Shown: piece by piece, positions 41,821 through 52,260 of the stretch
Numbering within the stretch: the stretch's first letter is position 1
How the letters are laid out: each line of letters begins with the position of its first letter
Assembly: GCA_963830715.1 (NCBI GenBank)
Contig: CAWHNS010000001.1
Coordinates: 70,192 to 134,191 of the forward strand
DNA from: an uncultured delta proteobacterium
GTDB taxonomy: Bacteria; Desulfobacterota; Binatia; Binatales; Binataceae
Direction of reading: 5' to 3'
Length of the DNA stretch: 64,000 bases
Notes under the pieces: generated by a model
Database searches by the model: none
Seen by the model: the letters and a program-made list of their open reading frames with translations, nothing else
What the model was told of the DNA's origin: nothing
Made by a program: the position numbers and the translations under genes

Positions 41821-42879
41821 CTACGCCGCTGATTCGCGCTTGACGGCGTTTCGGCCGTTGCCCGGCGGCTCGGCCTCGGCGTCGCCCTCGATCGCGAGAG
41901 TGAACAGCTCCTTAAGGCGCGGTTCGATCTCGCGGTCGCGCGCGCTGCCTTCCCTTTGCCGCCAGGCTCGCAACGGGATGATGGCCTTGGCCATGTTGCG
42001 ATGGCCGCCGGCGGCGCCGATATCTGCGAACAGGCGGTGCACCACTTCGCCCGCGCTGCGCTGCGCGGTCCCCTGATTGCGCACCGCAATCACGAGCTTG
42101 TTGCCGAGCTTGCCGGCCACCGCGACCCATTCGGCGCCCTCGAAATCGAGGCAGAAGTCCGCGACTTGCACGATCAGATCGTCGCGTTTGACGCGTCCCA
42201 GATTGAGCACGATGAGACCGTCGGTCACCTGCAGCCGCTTCAGCGCCCGCGACAGCATTCGCGCGAAGCTCACTGGCAATTCCGGCCGCTCTATCTGCCG
42301 CAGCAGGCTGTAGTTGGCCAGCGGATATAGATAGGTGAAGGCCTGAAGGTCGTCGTCGGTGACCCGCCGCGACAGCATCAGCGTGTCGCTCTTGATCCCA
42401 TAGAGCAGCGCGGTCGCCAGGCGCTCGCTGATGCGCTCGTCCGCAGTCACCAGGTACTCGGTCATCAGCGTGGCGGTAGCTCCGTAGCGCGTGCGGACGT
42501 CCTCGAACTGCGCCCCGCCGGGAGGGTATCCCGGATGATGGTCGATTACGATATCGGCGCGATGGAGCCGCCCGTTGAAATACGGCGGCTGCACGTCGAC
42601 CATCGCGATCTTCTCGAAGCTTCGCAGTTGCTCGGTGTCGGCCTGCTCGATATCGATTTCGAGCAAGCGCACCATGTTGCGGTTTTCGGGCCGGGTGACC
42701 GGGCCGAAGCTGAAGATCGGGGTGGTGAGCTTGTTGCGGCCCAGTAACGTCCTGAGCGCCATCGCGCTGGAGATGCCGTCGGGGTCGGGATCGTCCTGGA
42801 GCAGGATCGCGACACGATCCGAGTCGCCGACCAGCGAATGGAGTTCCTTGATTTTTTGCTTTGTCAGGCTCTGGTCCAT
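41821..42879 (-). CDS. DHH/DHHA1 family phosphoesterase (NrnA-like)
   Basis: Motifs DPDGISS, IDHHPG and AAGGHRNMA. Confidence 0.75.
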   Translation of the reverse strand: MDQSLTKQKIKELHSLVGDSDRVAILLQDDPDPDGISSAMALRTLLGRNKLTTPIFSFGPVTRPENRNMVRLLEIDIEQADTEQLRSFEKIAMVDVQPPYFNGRLHRADIVIDHHPGYPPGGAQFEDVRTRYGATATLMTEYLVTADERISERLATALLYGIKSDTLMLSRRVTDDDLQAFTYLYPLANYSLLRQIERPELPVSFARMLSRALKRLQVTDGLIVLNLGRVKRDDLIVQVADFCLDFEGAEWVAVAGKLGNKLVIAVRNQGTAQRSAGEVVHRLFADIGAAGGHRNMAKAIIPLRAWRQREGSARDREIEPRLKELFTLAIEGDAEAEPPGNGRNAVKRESAA

Positions 42880-43101
42880 AGGATGGACACTCGCGCCGGC
42901 CCACCGCGTGGGCTCGGTATGCGCGAGTATCAGGCGCGATTCAGGAAGGGGACGGCGACGGGGGTGGGGACCGGTCCCGCGTCCGAATTGCAGGAAGGAA
43001 GCGTAGGCAATTTGCGAGTGACCATGCTCAATCCTCCGATAACACGTCGCGGAACGCTAAATCAATGATATCCTGTGAGTAGCCCGATTTAGCCCGGATT
43101 T

Positions 43102-43326
43102 ATGACGATTTCCGAAGATCAGCACCAATGTGAAATTTGCCGGCGGCCCTTCACCGAGTGGCTCCTGCACCTGCGGGTGGAGGACAGCGCCGGCTTTCAG
43201 CAGGACGCCTTCATCTGCGCCAACTGCGGCGTCAAGCTCCGGCTGGCCTCGGAGAAGATGCGCGATCTTCAGATCGATCCCTGGCTGCACGAGGCGGTCG
43301 CGCGTGTCTTGAGAGGCAGGGAATAG
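43102..43326 (+). CDS. small zinc-ribbon protein (hypothetical)
   Basis: 74 aa with CEIC...(26)...CANC. Ends 5 nt before lysK. Confidence 0.35.
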   Translation: MTISEDQHQCEICRRPFTEWLLHLRVEDSAGFQQDAFICANCGVKLRLASEKMRDLQIDPWLHEAVARVLRGRE

Positions 43327-43331
43327 CGCCG

Positions 43332-44936
43332 ATGGCGACCGCGGCGGAGAGATCAGCCGAGCCGGCGCTCTGGCCGTACGAAGAGGCGCGCAGACTCAAG
43401 GATCGCGTCGCGGACTATGATCCGTCGCGGCCCGTGATCTTCGCGTGCGGCTTCGGCCCGTCCGGATTGCCTCATCTCGGCACGATGTGCGAGGTGCTCC
43501 GTCCGTCGTACGTCCGTTACGCGTTGCGCCGCCTCGAGTCGGCGCGGACCTCGCGCCTGATCGTCTTCATCGACGACCTCGACGGGCTCCGCAAGGTCCC
43601 CGAGAGCATCCCGAACCGTGAGAGCCTGGCCTCATACATCGGGAAGCCGGTCTCGAAGATCCCCGATCCCTTCGGATGCTGCACGAGCTTCGCGGATCAC
43701 ATGATCGGCTTGCTGGTGAAATTTCTCGAACCGGTCGAAGCGGATTACGAGATGATCCGTTCGAGCGAGATGTACGGGAGCGGCCGCTTCGACGAGGCGC
43801 TCAAGCTCATCCTGAGCAAGCACGCCGAGATTACCGCAATTGTCGCGCCGACGCTGCGCGAGGAGAATCGCCCCGGATGGTCGCCGCTGATGCCGCTATG
43901 CCCGTCGTGCGGGCAGGTCAACTCCAGGCGCGTGACCGCTTACCATCCCGAGCGCGGCACGATCGAATTCACATGCGAAGAGGCGTTCGGCGGAGCGCGC
44001 GGATGCGGCTTCGCCGGCGAGCAGAGCGTGCTCGGCGGACTCGCGAAGGCGCAATGGAAGGTAGATTGGGCGCTCAGATGGCACGTGCTGAAGGTCGATT
44101 ACGAGCTCTACGGCAAGGACCTGATCGAGTCGGCGCGGCTCTCAAGCCAGATCCTGCGCATCCTCGGCGGCAGGCCGCCGCTCGGCTTCGCGTTCGAGAT
44201 GTTTCTCGACGAGGAGGGGCGCAAGGTTTCGAAATCCGTCGGGCGCGGGGTGAGCACCGATCAGTGGCAGCGCTACGCGCCGATCGAAGCGCTCAAGTAC
44301 TTCCTGATGTTGAATCCGCGGCGCGCCCGCAAGCTGTTCCTCGAATCGATTCCTCAATACGTCGATGACTACCTGGACGAGTTGCGCGCCTGGGCCAAGG
44401 CCGAGCCCGCCTCGGAAGCGCGCCGCAACTCGCCGCTGGAGTTTGTCTTTCAGAGCAAGAGCCAGCGCCGATTCAACTCCGAACTGAGCTTCGGAATGAT
44501 CATGCATCTGGTCGCGGCGCTCGGAACTTCCGATCGCGGCCTGATATGGAACTATGTGAAGGTTTACGATCCGGGGGTCGAAGGCGATCCCGAGACGTGC
44601 GCCTTGGCCGACACATTGATCGATTGCGCGCTCAACTTCTACTCGGACTTCATCGAACCGGCGAAGCAGCAATACACGCCGACCGATGCCGAACGCGATC
44701 AGTTGCGCGCGCTAGTCGAATATCTGCGGGAGCATCTCGATGCGAGCGCGGAGGAGATCGAGAAAACGATCTACGAGCTCGGCCGCCTGCACTACGACAA
44801 GCCCGGCAAGATTTTCCCGCTGATGTACCGCGCGATCTTGGGCCAGGAACGCGGCCCCCGTCTCGGCGTGTTCATACGGCTGGCGACGCCGTCCCGCGTG
44901 GCGGCGATCCTCGAAGCCGGGCTGAAGTCAGAATAA
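43332..44936 (+). CDS. lysK: lysine--tRNA ligase, class I
   Basis: GFGPSGLPHLGT (HIGH-type) and KVSKSVG (KMSKS-type). DDLDGLRKVP and IPDPFG blocks match recalled bacterial class I LysRS. ATG 43332 lies within ORF 43137..44936. Confidence 0.9.
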   Translation: MATAAERSAEPALWPYEEARRLKDRVADYDPSRPVIFACGFGPSGLPHLGTMCEVLRPSYVRYALRRLESARTSRLIVFIDDLDGLRKVPESIPNRESLASYIGKPVSKIPDPFGCCTSFADHMIGLLVKFLEPVEADYEMIRSSEMYGSGRFDEALKLILSKHAEITAIVAPTLREENRPGWSPLMPLCPSCGQVNSRRVTAYHPERGTIEFTCEEAFGGARGCGFAGEQSVLGGLAKAQWKVDWALRWHVLKVDYELYGKDLIESARLSSQILRILGGRPPLGFAFEMFLDEEGRKVSKSVGRGVSTDQWQRYAPIEALKYFLMLNPRRARKLFLESIPQYVDDYLDELRAWAKAEPASEARRNSPLEFVFQSKSQRRFNSELSFGMIMHLVAALGTSDRGLIWNYVKVYDPGVEGDPETCALADTLIDCALNFYSDFIEPAKQQYTPTDAERDQLRALVEYLREHLDASAEEIEKTIYELGRLHYDKPGKIFPLMYRAILGQERGPRLGVFIRLATPSRVAAILEAGLKSE

Positions 44937-46174
44937 TCAGACGAATTCGGCGAACACCGAATCGGCGAGTTCGAGGCCCCGATCGCTGAGGAAGATTCTG
45001 CCGCCTTCGCGAAGCAGCAACTCCGACTCGAAGAGCCGCGCCGCGCGCACGCCGAAGACGTCGTCGAATTCGCGGCCGAATCGCGCATTGAAGCCCGCCA
45101 GCGCGAATCCCTCGCGCAGGCGAAGGTTGACAAAGACGAACTCGCCCGCCGCGGTGCGATCGTCGATCGCCTCGGAACCCGCCTCCGCGATTCCGTCGCG
45201 AGTCGCAAGCGCGATATATTGCGCCGGATTGCGCTCGTTCCACCATCGCCGGCCGCCCGTGGCTTGGCCCTCAATTCCGCGCGCGTCCTTATCTGTCATT
45301 CCGAGCGGAGCCTGCGGAGCGAGGAATCTCATGCCACTGAAGGTTGCTCTCGCCCCTTGAGCATGGCTGTGTGCGCCCGCGCCGAGCCCCAGGTAGCTCT
45401 CGCCACGCCAGTACGCCAGGTTATGCCTCGCCTCATGCCCCGGCGGCGCGTAGTTCGATATCTCGTACATCGGGTATCCGCGCGCGGGCAGCTCCTCGCG
45501 GACCGCGGCGTACATCCGCGCCTGCTCATCGTCGCTATGCGGCGTGATTCGCCCGCGCTTCATATCGCCGAAGAACGGCGTGCCCTCCTCGAACGTCAGG
45601 TTGTAGGCCGATATATGGTCGGGCCGAGCGCGGCCGCATTGCCGATATCGCTGCGCACGTCGTCGAGACTCTGACCCGGCACGGCGAAGATCAGATCGAG
45701 GTTGAGGCGATCGAAACCCGCCCGATGCGCCATCGCGGCGGCCTCGCGGGTCTGGCCGGCGTTATGAATCCGTCCGAGGAATTTCAGGATCGCCGGATTG
45801 AAGGATTGCGCGCCGAAGCTGATTCGATTGACGCCCGCGGCCCGCAGTCCCCGCAGCTTCGCGAGATCGACGGTGCCCGGATTCGCCTCGAGCGTTATCT
45901 CCGCGTCGCGCTCGATTCCGCACGAGCGATCGGCGGCCTCGATCATGGCCGCGACCGATCCCGGTCCGAAGAGCGAGGGCGTCCCGCCGCCGAAGAAGAT
46001 CGTCTTCAGCGATTGCCCGGCCCACGGCGGATCTTCGATCCGGCGCGCAAGCTCGGTGGTTATCGCCCGGACGTAATTCGCCTCGGGCCATATCGCCGCC
46101 GCGTATGAATTGAAGTCGCAGTACGGACACTTCGACTCGCAGTAGGGAATATGGATATATAGCGAAAAGCTCAT
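44937..46174 (-). CDS. hemW: radical SAM haem chaperone HemW (HemN-like, oxygen-independent coproporphyrinogen oxidase family); one frame break plus an embedded repeat element
   Basis: CESKCPYCDF radical-SAM triad. The junction ..AAALGP|DHISAYNLTFEEGTPFF.. lies near 45618-45624 and joins ORFs 45596..46174 and 44937..45563. Confidence 0.85.
45294..45335. repeat. copy of a short dispersed-repeat-type motif (TGTCATTCCGAGCGGAGCCTGCGGAGCGAGGAATCTCATGCC) lying in frame inside hemW
   Basis: On the coding strand it translates as ..GMRFLAPQAPLGMTDKD.., close to the RFFA.LRMT / SFRA..GI peptide signature I recall from a widespread intergenic repeat. hemW is about 25 aa longer here than usual between GAGAHS and RWWN. 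Confidence 0.45.
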
Positions 46175-46253
46175 GTCCGGCGGCTACAAGGGTAGTCCGC
46201 GGCTGCGATGTAGGGAACAAGTACTCCGCAGGCCAATCAGACAGGAGCGACAG

Positions 46254-46511
46254 ATGCAAGAAAAAATTGAAGTGGGATACCAGGCGTTCACTTCAGACGG
46301 CGGCGAAGAATTCGGCGCCGTCCGCGAGGTGGCTCCGAACGGCCGTCCTGAATTAGTCATCTATGTCGAGAACGCGGGAGACTTCACCGTCCCGATCGAC
46401 GCTGTCGAGGCGGTGCATTCGGGAAAAGTGATCTTGAAGTGCGCCAAGCTCGATCGTCGTCTTCGCCACGCGATCGGCCACGCGCACGACGACGAGAAGC
46501 CCGGCGCATAA
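46254..46511 (+). CDS. small hypothetical protein (possibly PRC-barrel/DUF2171-like)
   Basis: ATG 46254 is preceded by AGGAG. 85 aa. The family assignment is a weak recollection. Confidence 0.5.
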   Translation: MQEKIEVGYQAFTSDGGEEFGAVREVAPNGRPELVIYVENAGDFTVPIDAVEAVHSGKVILKCAKLDRRLRHAIGHAHDDEKPGA

Positions 46512-46575
46512 GCCGTGGCGAACTAGTTTGATCGCCAGAGCGAGTCTGTGTGAAACTATAGTGGGGAGAATTTGA

Positions 46576-47064
46576 ATGAGGGATCACAAGAAAGCCACCT
46601 TCGGCGGCGGATGCTTCTGGGGAATCGAGTCCGCCTTTCGCCAACTCGATGGGGTTATCGACGCGGTGTCCGGCTACATGGGCGGTTCGGTCGAAAATCC
46701 GACCTACCGGATGGTCTGCACCGACAGGACCGGCCACGCCGAAGTCGTCCAAGTGGAATACGATCCATCACGCGTCTCCTACGATCAGTTGCTGGAGCTG
46801 TTCTGGGAGATTCACGATCCGACCACCCTCAATCGCCAAGGCCCCGATATCGGCACCCAGTACCGCTCCGCGATTTTCTTTCACGACGGCGAGCAGAAGG
46901 CGGCGGCGGAAGCCTCGCTCAGCCGGCTTGCGAAGTCGCACAAGTTCGGCAGGCCGATCGTCACCCAGATCGTGCCGGCCGGCGAGTTCTATCCCGCCGA
47001 GGAATACCATCAGCGCTACTACGAGAAGGCGGGAATCGAGCCGCATTGCGGCTTGCGGCGCTGA
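46576..47064 (+). CDS. msrA: peptide-methionine (S)-S-oxide reductase
   Basis: GGGCFWG active-site motif and ..[12 protein letters not shown].. Confidence 0.95.
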   Translation: MRDHKKATFGGGCFWGIESAFRQLDGVIDAVSGYMGGSVENPTYRMVCTDRTGHAEVVQVEYDPSRVSYDQLLELFWEIHDPTTLNRQGPDIGTQYRSAIFFHDGEQKAAAEASLSRLAKSHKFGRPIVTQIVPAGEFYPAEEYHQRYYEKAGIEPHCGLRR

Positions 47065-47106
47065 TTGGGAACGCGATCGGCGCATGGGGAATCGCGAGGT
47101 ACCGAA

Positions 47107-48093
47107 ATGATTCTTCGGCGACTTGGGCGAAGCGAGCTTCGCGTGGCGGCGGTGGGGCTCGGATGCATGGGGATGTCCGAGTTCTACGGCCCTCGCGACG
47201 AAGCGGAATCGATCGCGACGATTAATCGCGCGCTGGAACTGGGGATCAATTTCCTCGACACCGCCGACGCGTACGGACCTTACACCAACGAGGAACTGGT
47301 CGGCCGGGCGATTCGCGGGCGGCGCGATAAATTCGTGATCGCGACCAAATTCGGGATCGTGCGCGGCCCCGATCCGGCCAGCAGGTCGATCAGCGGCAAG
47401 CCCGAATACGTGCGACAGGCCTGCGACGCGAGTCTCAAGCGATTGGGCATCGATCATATCGACCTCTACTATCAGCATCGCGTGGACCCGAACACGCCGA
47501 TCGAGGATACGGTCGGCGCGATGGCGCGGCTGGTCGAAGCCGGTAAGGTCCGCTATCTGGGACTGTCGGAGGCGGGCGCACAAACGCTCCGGCGCGCGTG
47601 CGCGATTCATCCGATCGCGGCACTGCAGAGTGAGTACTCGCTTTGGAGCCGCGATCCGGAAGACGAAATTCTCGCGGCCTGCCGCACCCTCGGTATCGGG
47701 TTCGTCGCTTACAGCCCGCTCGGGCGCGGTTTCCTGACCGGGCAGATCAGGAAGTTCGACGATCTCGCCGCCGACGATTACCGCCGTTTTTCGCCTCGCT
47801 TCCAGGGCGAGAACTTCCAGAAGAACCTCGCGCTGGTCGATCGAATCAAACAAATGGCGGCGGACAAGCGATGCACCGCGGGGCAGCTCGCGCTCGCATG
47901 GGTAATCGCGCAGGGTGATGATATCGTGACGATTCCCGGCACCAAGCGGCGCAGTTACCTGGAGGAAAATGCCGGGGCGCAGAACGTGAAACTGACTGCG
48001 GACGATCTGAGGAAGATCGACGCGATCGCCCCGCGCGGAGTCGCCGCCGGCGAGCGTTATCCGGCCGCTTTCATGCGCCTGATAAATGCCTGA
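47107..48093 (+). CDS. aldo/keto reductase
   Basis: [24 protein letters not shown]...[17 protein letters not shown] is a typical AKR11/Tas-like N-terminus. ATG 47107. Confidence 0.9.
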   Translation: MILRRLGRSELRVAAVGLGCMGMSEFYGPRDEAESIATINRALELGINFLDTADAYGPYTNEELVGRAIRGRRDKFVIATKFGIVRGPDPASRSISGKPEYVRQACDASLKRLGIDHIDLYYQHRVDPNTPIEDTVGAMARLVEAGKVRYLGLSEAGAQTLRRACAIHPIAALQSEYSLWSRDPEDEILAACRTLGIGFVAYSPLGRGFLTGQIRKFDDLAADDYRRFSPRFQGENFQKNLALVDRIKQMAADKRCTAGQLALAWVIAQGDDIVTIPGTKRRSYLEENAGAQNVKLTADDLRKIDAIAPRGVAAGERYPAAFMRLINA

Positions 48094-48216
48094 CAAATGC
48101 GTAAGCGGTCTGCGCAAATGATCTTGAACGGAAGGCAGCTATCGTTGTAGTGAAAAGCCGTAAACCCGACAGCCGAGGTTCGATTCCAGATCGGATTCTC
48201 TTTGGAGGAGCGTGAC

Positions 48217-49623
48217 ATGCCCGAATATACGATGACTATCGATGGGAAGCCGGTCAGGGGATCAAAGACCACCGGCGTGATCAATCCGGCCACCGGCAAG
48301 GTCTTTGCCGAAGTTCCCGATTGCACGAAAGCGGAACTCGATCAGGCGATGGCGGCGGCGCAGCGCGCCTTTCCCGCCTGGAGCCGCGACCTGTCTGCCC
48401 GCCGCAAGGTGCTCAATGACTGCGCGGCCGCGCTCCGGACGCCGCCGGAGGGCCTCGCGCGGACGCTCACCCTGGAGCAGGGCAAGCCGCTGGACAAAGC
48501 GACCGGCGAAATCATGGGGACCTCGTTCTGGTGCCAGTTCACCGCGAGCCTCGAGTTCCCCACCGAGGTGATCCAGGACAACCCGCAGGGCCGTATCGAG
48601 GTGCGCCGCAAGCCGCTGGGCGTAGTCGCCGCGATCACGCCGTGGAACTATCCGCTGATGCTCGCGATGTGGAAGATCGCGCCCGCGCTGCTCGCCGGCA
48701 ATACCGTGGTGCTCAAGCCCTCGCCGTTTACGCCGATCACTTCGCTGATGCTCGGCGAGATCCTTCGCGAGATCGTGCCGCCCGGCGTGCTGAACGTGAT
48801 CTCGGGCGGCGACGAGCTCGGCGCCTGGATGACCAGCCATCCGGTTCCTCGCAAGATTTCGTTCACCGGCTCGGTCGAGACCGGCAAGAAAGTCGCCGCT
48901 GCCGCATCACCCGACTTGAAGCGGATAACTCTCGAGCTCGGCGGCAACGACCCGGCGATCGTGATGGCGGATTGCGATCCCGCCGCGGTCGCGCCGAAGA
49001 TTTTCTGGGGCGCGTTCGAGAACTCCGGACAGATCTGCAGCGCGATCAAGCGCGTGTACGTCCCGGAAAAAATGTACCCCGCGATGCTCGAGAAGCTGGG
49101 CGAGCTCGCGCGCGCCGCAAAAGTCGGCAACGGCCTCGACCCGGGCACCGAGCTTGGGCCGATCAACAACAAGCCGCAATTCGAGCGCGTGACCGAGCTG
49201 GTCGAGGACGCGAAGAAGCACGGCGCGAAAATTGTCAGCGGCGGCTCGCGCGTCGGCAGCGAAGGCTACTTCTTCGCACCGACGATCGTCGGCGAAATCT
49301 CGGACGGTGTCCGGCTGGTCGATGAGGAGCAGTTCGGCCCCGCGCTCCCCGTGATTCCTTACAAGGACCTCGATGATGCGGTGCGCCGCGCCAACGCCAC
49401 CCATTTCGGGCTGAGCGGCTCGGTATGGTCGAAAGATCCCGACAAGGCTGCCGAGGTCGCCGCCCGGCTCGAGTGCGGCTCAGCGTGGGTCAATCAGCAT
49501 CTCGCGATTGCTCCCAACCTGCCGTTTGGCGGCGCCAAGTGGTCCGGAATCGGCGTCGAAAACGGCACCTGGGGCCTGCTCGGATTCACCGAGATTCAGG
49601 TGGTCAACGTCGCGAGGAATTGA
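48217..49623 (+). CDS. NAD(P)-dependent aldehyde dehydrogenase
   Basis: ELGGNDP and catalytic SGQICSA. ATG 48217 lies 6 nt after GGAGGAG. Confidence 0.9.
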   Translation: MPEYTMTIDGKPVRGSKTTGVINPATGKVFAEVPDCTKAELDQAMAAAQRAFPAWSRDLSARRKVLNDCAAALRTPPEGLARTLTLEQGKPLDKATGEIMGTSFWCQFTASLEFPTEVIQDNPQGRIEVRRKPLGVVAAITPWNYPLMLAMWKIAPALLAGNTVVLKPSPFTPITSLMLGEILREIVPPGVLNVISGGDELGAWMTSHPVPRKISFTGSVETGKKVAAAASPDLKRITLELGGNDPAIVMADCDPAAVAPKIFWGAFENSGQICSAIKRVYVPEKMYPAMLEKLGELARAAKVGNGLDPGTELGPINNKPQFERVTELVEDAKKHGAKIVSGGSRVGSEGYFFAPTIVGEISDGVRLVDEEQFGPALPVIPYKDLDDAVRRANATHFGLSGSVWSKDPDKAAEVAARLECGSAWVNQHLAIAPNLPFGGAKWSGIGVENGTWGLLGFTEIQVVNVARN

Positions 49624-49663
49624 GCCGGGCGCGATCGAATATCCGGTAGTTCCTCCTGAAGCA

Positions 49664-49701
49664 GGGGCGGGCGAACGCGCCTGCGGCGACTCGCCCGCCC
49701 C
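49664..49701. terminator. perfect 11-bp GC stem (GGGGCGGGCGA...TCGCCCGCCCC, 16-nt loop) between convergent genes; bidirectional terminator candidate
   Basis: Read directly. There is no U-tract, so it may be Rho-dependent or structural. Confidence 0.4.
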
Positions 49702-49788
49702 GAAGAGCCGAAACCGCCCGATATTCGCGAAGCCGCCCAAGGCCGGTGATCGGATCGACATAAGTCGCGACGAAACCGCGCTCGACCG

Positions 49789-51071
49789 TCACTGCGGCAG
49801 CAGCAGGAATGCGTGCTTCTGGCCCTTGATCAGTCCCTCACCGACGATCTGTCCGCTGTTGTTAATCCCGAACGCTTCGAGAAGGTAGAAACCGGAATTG
49901 GCGGGAATCATCGTGTTGAGGTCGTGCATCGTCCCGTCGAAGAGGAAGGCCCGATTGAAGCTCTGGTTGCCGGCGGCGCGCAGGTGGCGCTCGGGGCGGG
50001 CGCGCCGTAGTAGAGCTGCGAGTAGCCGACGATCTGCGGCCTCGGCGTTCCTTTGATGACGCGACCGTTCATGCATTCGCCGCCCTCGCGGTCGCTCGTG
50101 TTCACCAGCCGCTCGAGCGTGCTCACCCCGGTTACCAACCGGTTCCGGCCGGAGGGATCCTTGATCATCATAGGGAGCTTCGCGAAGGGGGTGAGGAGGT
50201 CCCGCATCTTGCCGTTCTGCCACAGGAAGGCGTGACGGATCCCCTTGCCTGAGCGGGATTTCAGATCGGACCAGCCGGCGACCTGATCGAAGTTGTTGAT
50301 GCAGGTGGCCTCGCTCTGCAGCCCGCCGAGCGTGCCGAGGTCATCGGTGCTTTGGTCGAGCTTCGAAACGCCGAGATGCAGGAAGGCGTGCGACGGCCCG
50401 CTCGCCGTGGCGGCCGTGCCGACCACGTGTCGGCTGCCGTTGATGTCGTAGGCGAAGCTCACGTCGGTGCCGAAATTGCCGAGGTCGAAAGGCGCCCCGA
50501 TGGCTGACGATGTGACGGGCTCGCCGCCGTTGAAGAGCACGGCGTGCGGATTAGGGTCGGAGGCCAAACCCGCAACGCCGACAATTATGCCGAGTCCATC
50601 ACTGTTGTATGCGATGCTGAAAACGGTCTTGCCCGTCGGATCGAGCGGGGTGTCCGGAAAGAGAGTGGCTTCCTCGACCCCCGATGGATTGATCTCGCCA
50701 ACGATGACGTTCGGCTGGTTGACGCTGAACGCGATGCTGTTCTGCCCAGGTGGCCCGAGCTTGGCCAGCATTGGGCTGGCCGTGGCGTTGCTCCAGACGA
50801 CCGCCTGGAAATTGCTGCCGGGGGCAAGAATGGCTCCGGAGACATCGCCCGAATCGTTGATCGTGAACGCCACACTCTGATCGCCTGGCGCGAGGGCGCC
50901 GAGATCGACGACCCGGAATTGGCCCCATGCCGGCGATGACGCCGTTGCGCCGGCGCTGAAGGCGCACAGCGCGACGGCGCAGAGGCGTCGAAGACGGCCG
51001 GATGGCGGAGAACCCTTCGCGTCTCGCGCAGAGACGCCGCGCTGATTGAATATCGTGAAATCGCGAAACAT
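49789..51071 (-). CDS. secreted HAF-repeat protein; one frame break in this sequence
   Basis: Signal peptide. Repeated ..HAFL(W/H/L)..G.M.DLGTLGG..S.A..IN..GQ(V/I)(A/V)G units. The junction ..SQLYYGAP|RPERHLRAAGNQSFNRAFLFDG.. lies near 49995-50008 and joins ORFs 49908..51137 and 49789..50223. Confidence 0.7.
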
Positions 51072-51273
51072 CGGTGTCCCCCTCCTCCTCGCCCGGAGCC
51101 GGACGCGCCGGTGCCATGGCTGGCGTAGTACCACCATGGACGGGCATAGGCAACACGGAACCTGGAACGGGCCTCGTCAACAGACTGACTGCGGCGGCAC
51201 CCCGAAGTTGCCGCGTCTGCTCTTTGCGATCGGGCTGTTCCCGGACGCCCGCGACAGCCAAAATCCTGATCAT

Positions 51274-52248
51274 ATGCTTGATGCACGAACCGCCGTCGCG
51301 CCTCGCGCGATTGGCCTCAACGAATTCCTTCTCACGCACAAAGGCGACCTCACGCTGGCGTTCTCGGCGTTGGTTTACGTTGCCAGCTGGACAGTCCTCA
51401 TGTTCACCCGATGGAGGGCCCCGGCCGAGATCGGAGTCTCGATGGCGGAAGCGGCGCTGATCGGCGGGCTGTGCGACTACATCGCGCTCAAGATGATCTT
51501 CGAGCGGCGCTGGTACCTGCCGAATTCGGGCGTGCTGCCGCGCAACCGGGTGAAGCTGATCGACGGAATCGCGACCACCATCGAGAACGAATGGCTGACG
51601 CCCCAGATGATCGGGCGCAAGCTCAATGAGATGGAGCTGGTCGGACGTCTCGGCGTTTTCCTGGAGGACACGAAGCTGGATCTGCTGCTGGGCGAGGCGG
51701 GAATCGACCGGCTGTTGAACCGCGCGATCGAGTACCTCGAATCGCCGGCCCAGCGCGATCGCGTCGAGGCGGCCCTCAAAAAGGCGTTGCCGAAGACCTT
51801 CACGCGCATCTATGCGCTCATCAACCGGTTCGGGGCCGAGACCTTGACCGCCCGCATCGCGGCCAATCTCCGCAAGCGCCTGCCGGAGCTTCGCAACGAC
51901 CCTGAACTAATCGAGGCGATCGAGGACGCAATCCACGAGTTGGGCCATCAGCTTCACGACCCGCAGAGCTACGCGCATCAGCTTGCGCGCAGGATGATCG
52001 ACGCGATCGTCCGCCGCGCCGTCGAGGCGAGCCGTGGCCAGATATCGCACATGGTGCGGGAAAATCTGGCGCAGTTGTCCGACGATCAGATCAGGTTCCA
52101 GATCGAATCCAAGACCCGCACTCACCTGGACTGGATTCGCGTCAACGGCGGCATCTTCGGCGCGATCTTCGGGCTGTGCTTCGCGCTGGCGCGCATACTC
52201 GCGCATCATGGGCCGGCGTTGATCGGGCGGCTTCACGCGCCGATGTAG
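51274..52248 (+). CDS. DUF445-family membrane protein
   Basis: ..GGLCDYIALKMIFERR......GVLPRNR..L...I...IE.E.L.. and C-terminal ..WIRVNGGIFGAIFG.. match recalled DUF445. ATG 51274 lies within ORF 51046..52248. Confidence 0.6.
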   Translation: MLDARTAVAPRAIGLNEFLLTHKGDLTLAFSALVYVASWTVLMFTRWRAPAEIGVSMAEAALIGGLCDYIALKMIFERRWYLPNSGVLPRNRVKLIDGIATTIENEWLTPQMIGRKLNEMELVGRLGVFLEDTKLDLLLGEAGIDRLLNRAIEYLESPAQRDRVEAALKKALPKTFTRIYALINRFGAETLTARIAANLRKRLPELRNDPELIEAIEDAIHELGHQLHDPQSYAHQLARRMIDAIVRRAVEASRGQISHMVRENLAQLSDDQIRFQIESKTRTHLDWIRVNGGIFGAIFGLCFALARILAHHGPALIGRLHAPM

Positions 52249-52260
52249 ATCGGAATCGAA

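Noticed and set aside
48150-48195. tRNA-like T-arm string GGTTCGATTCC upstream of the aldehyde dehydrogenase gene; possible tRNA or tRNA-fragment att site.
   Set aside because: The flanking bases do not form a T-stem (CGAGG versus CCAGA). I could build no acceptor, D or anticodon arms. No integrase or direct-repeat partner is seen.
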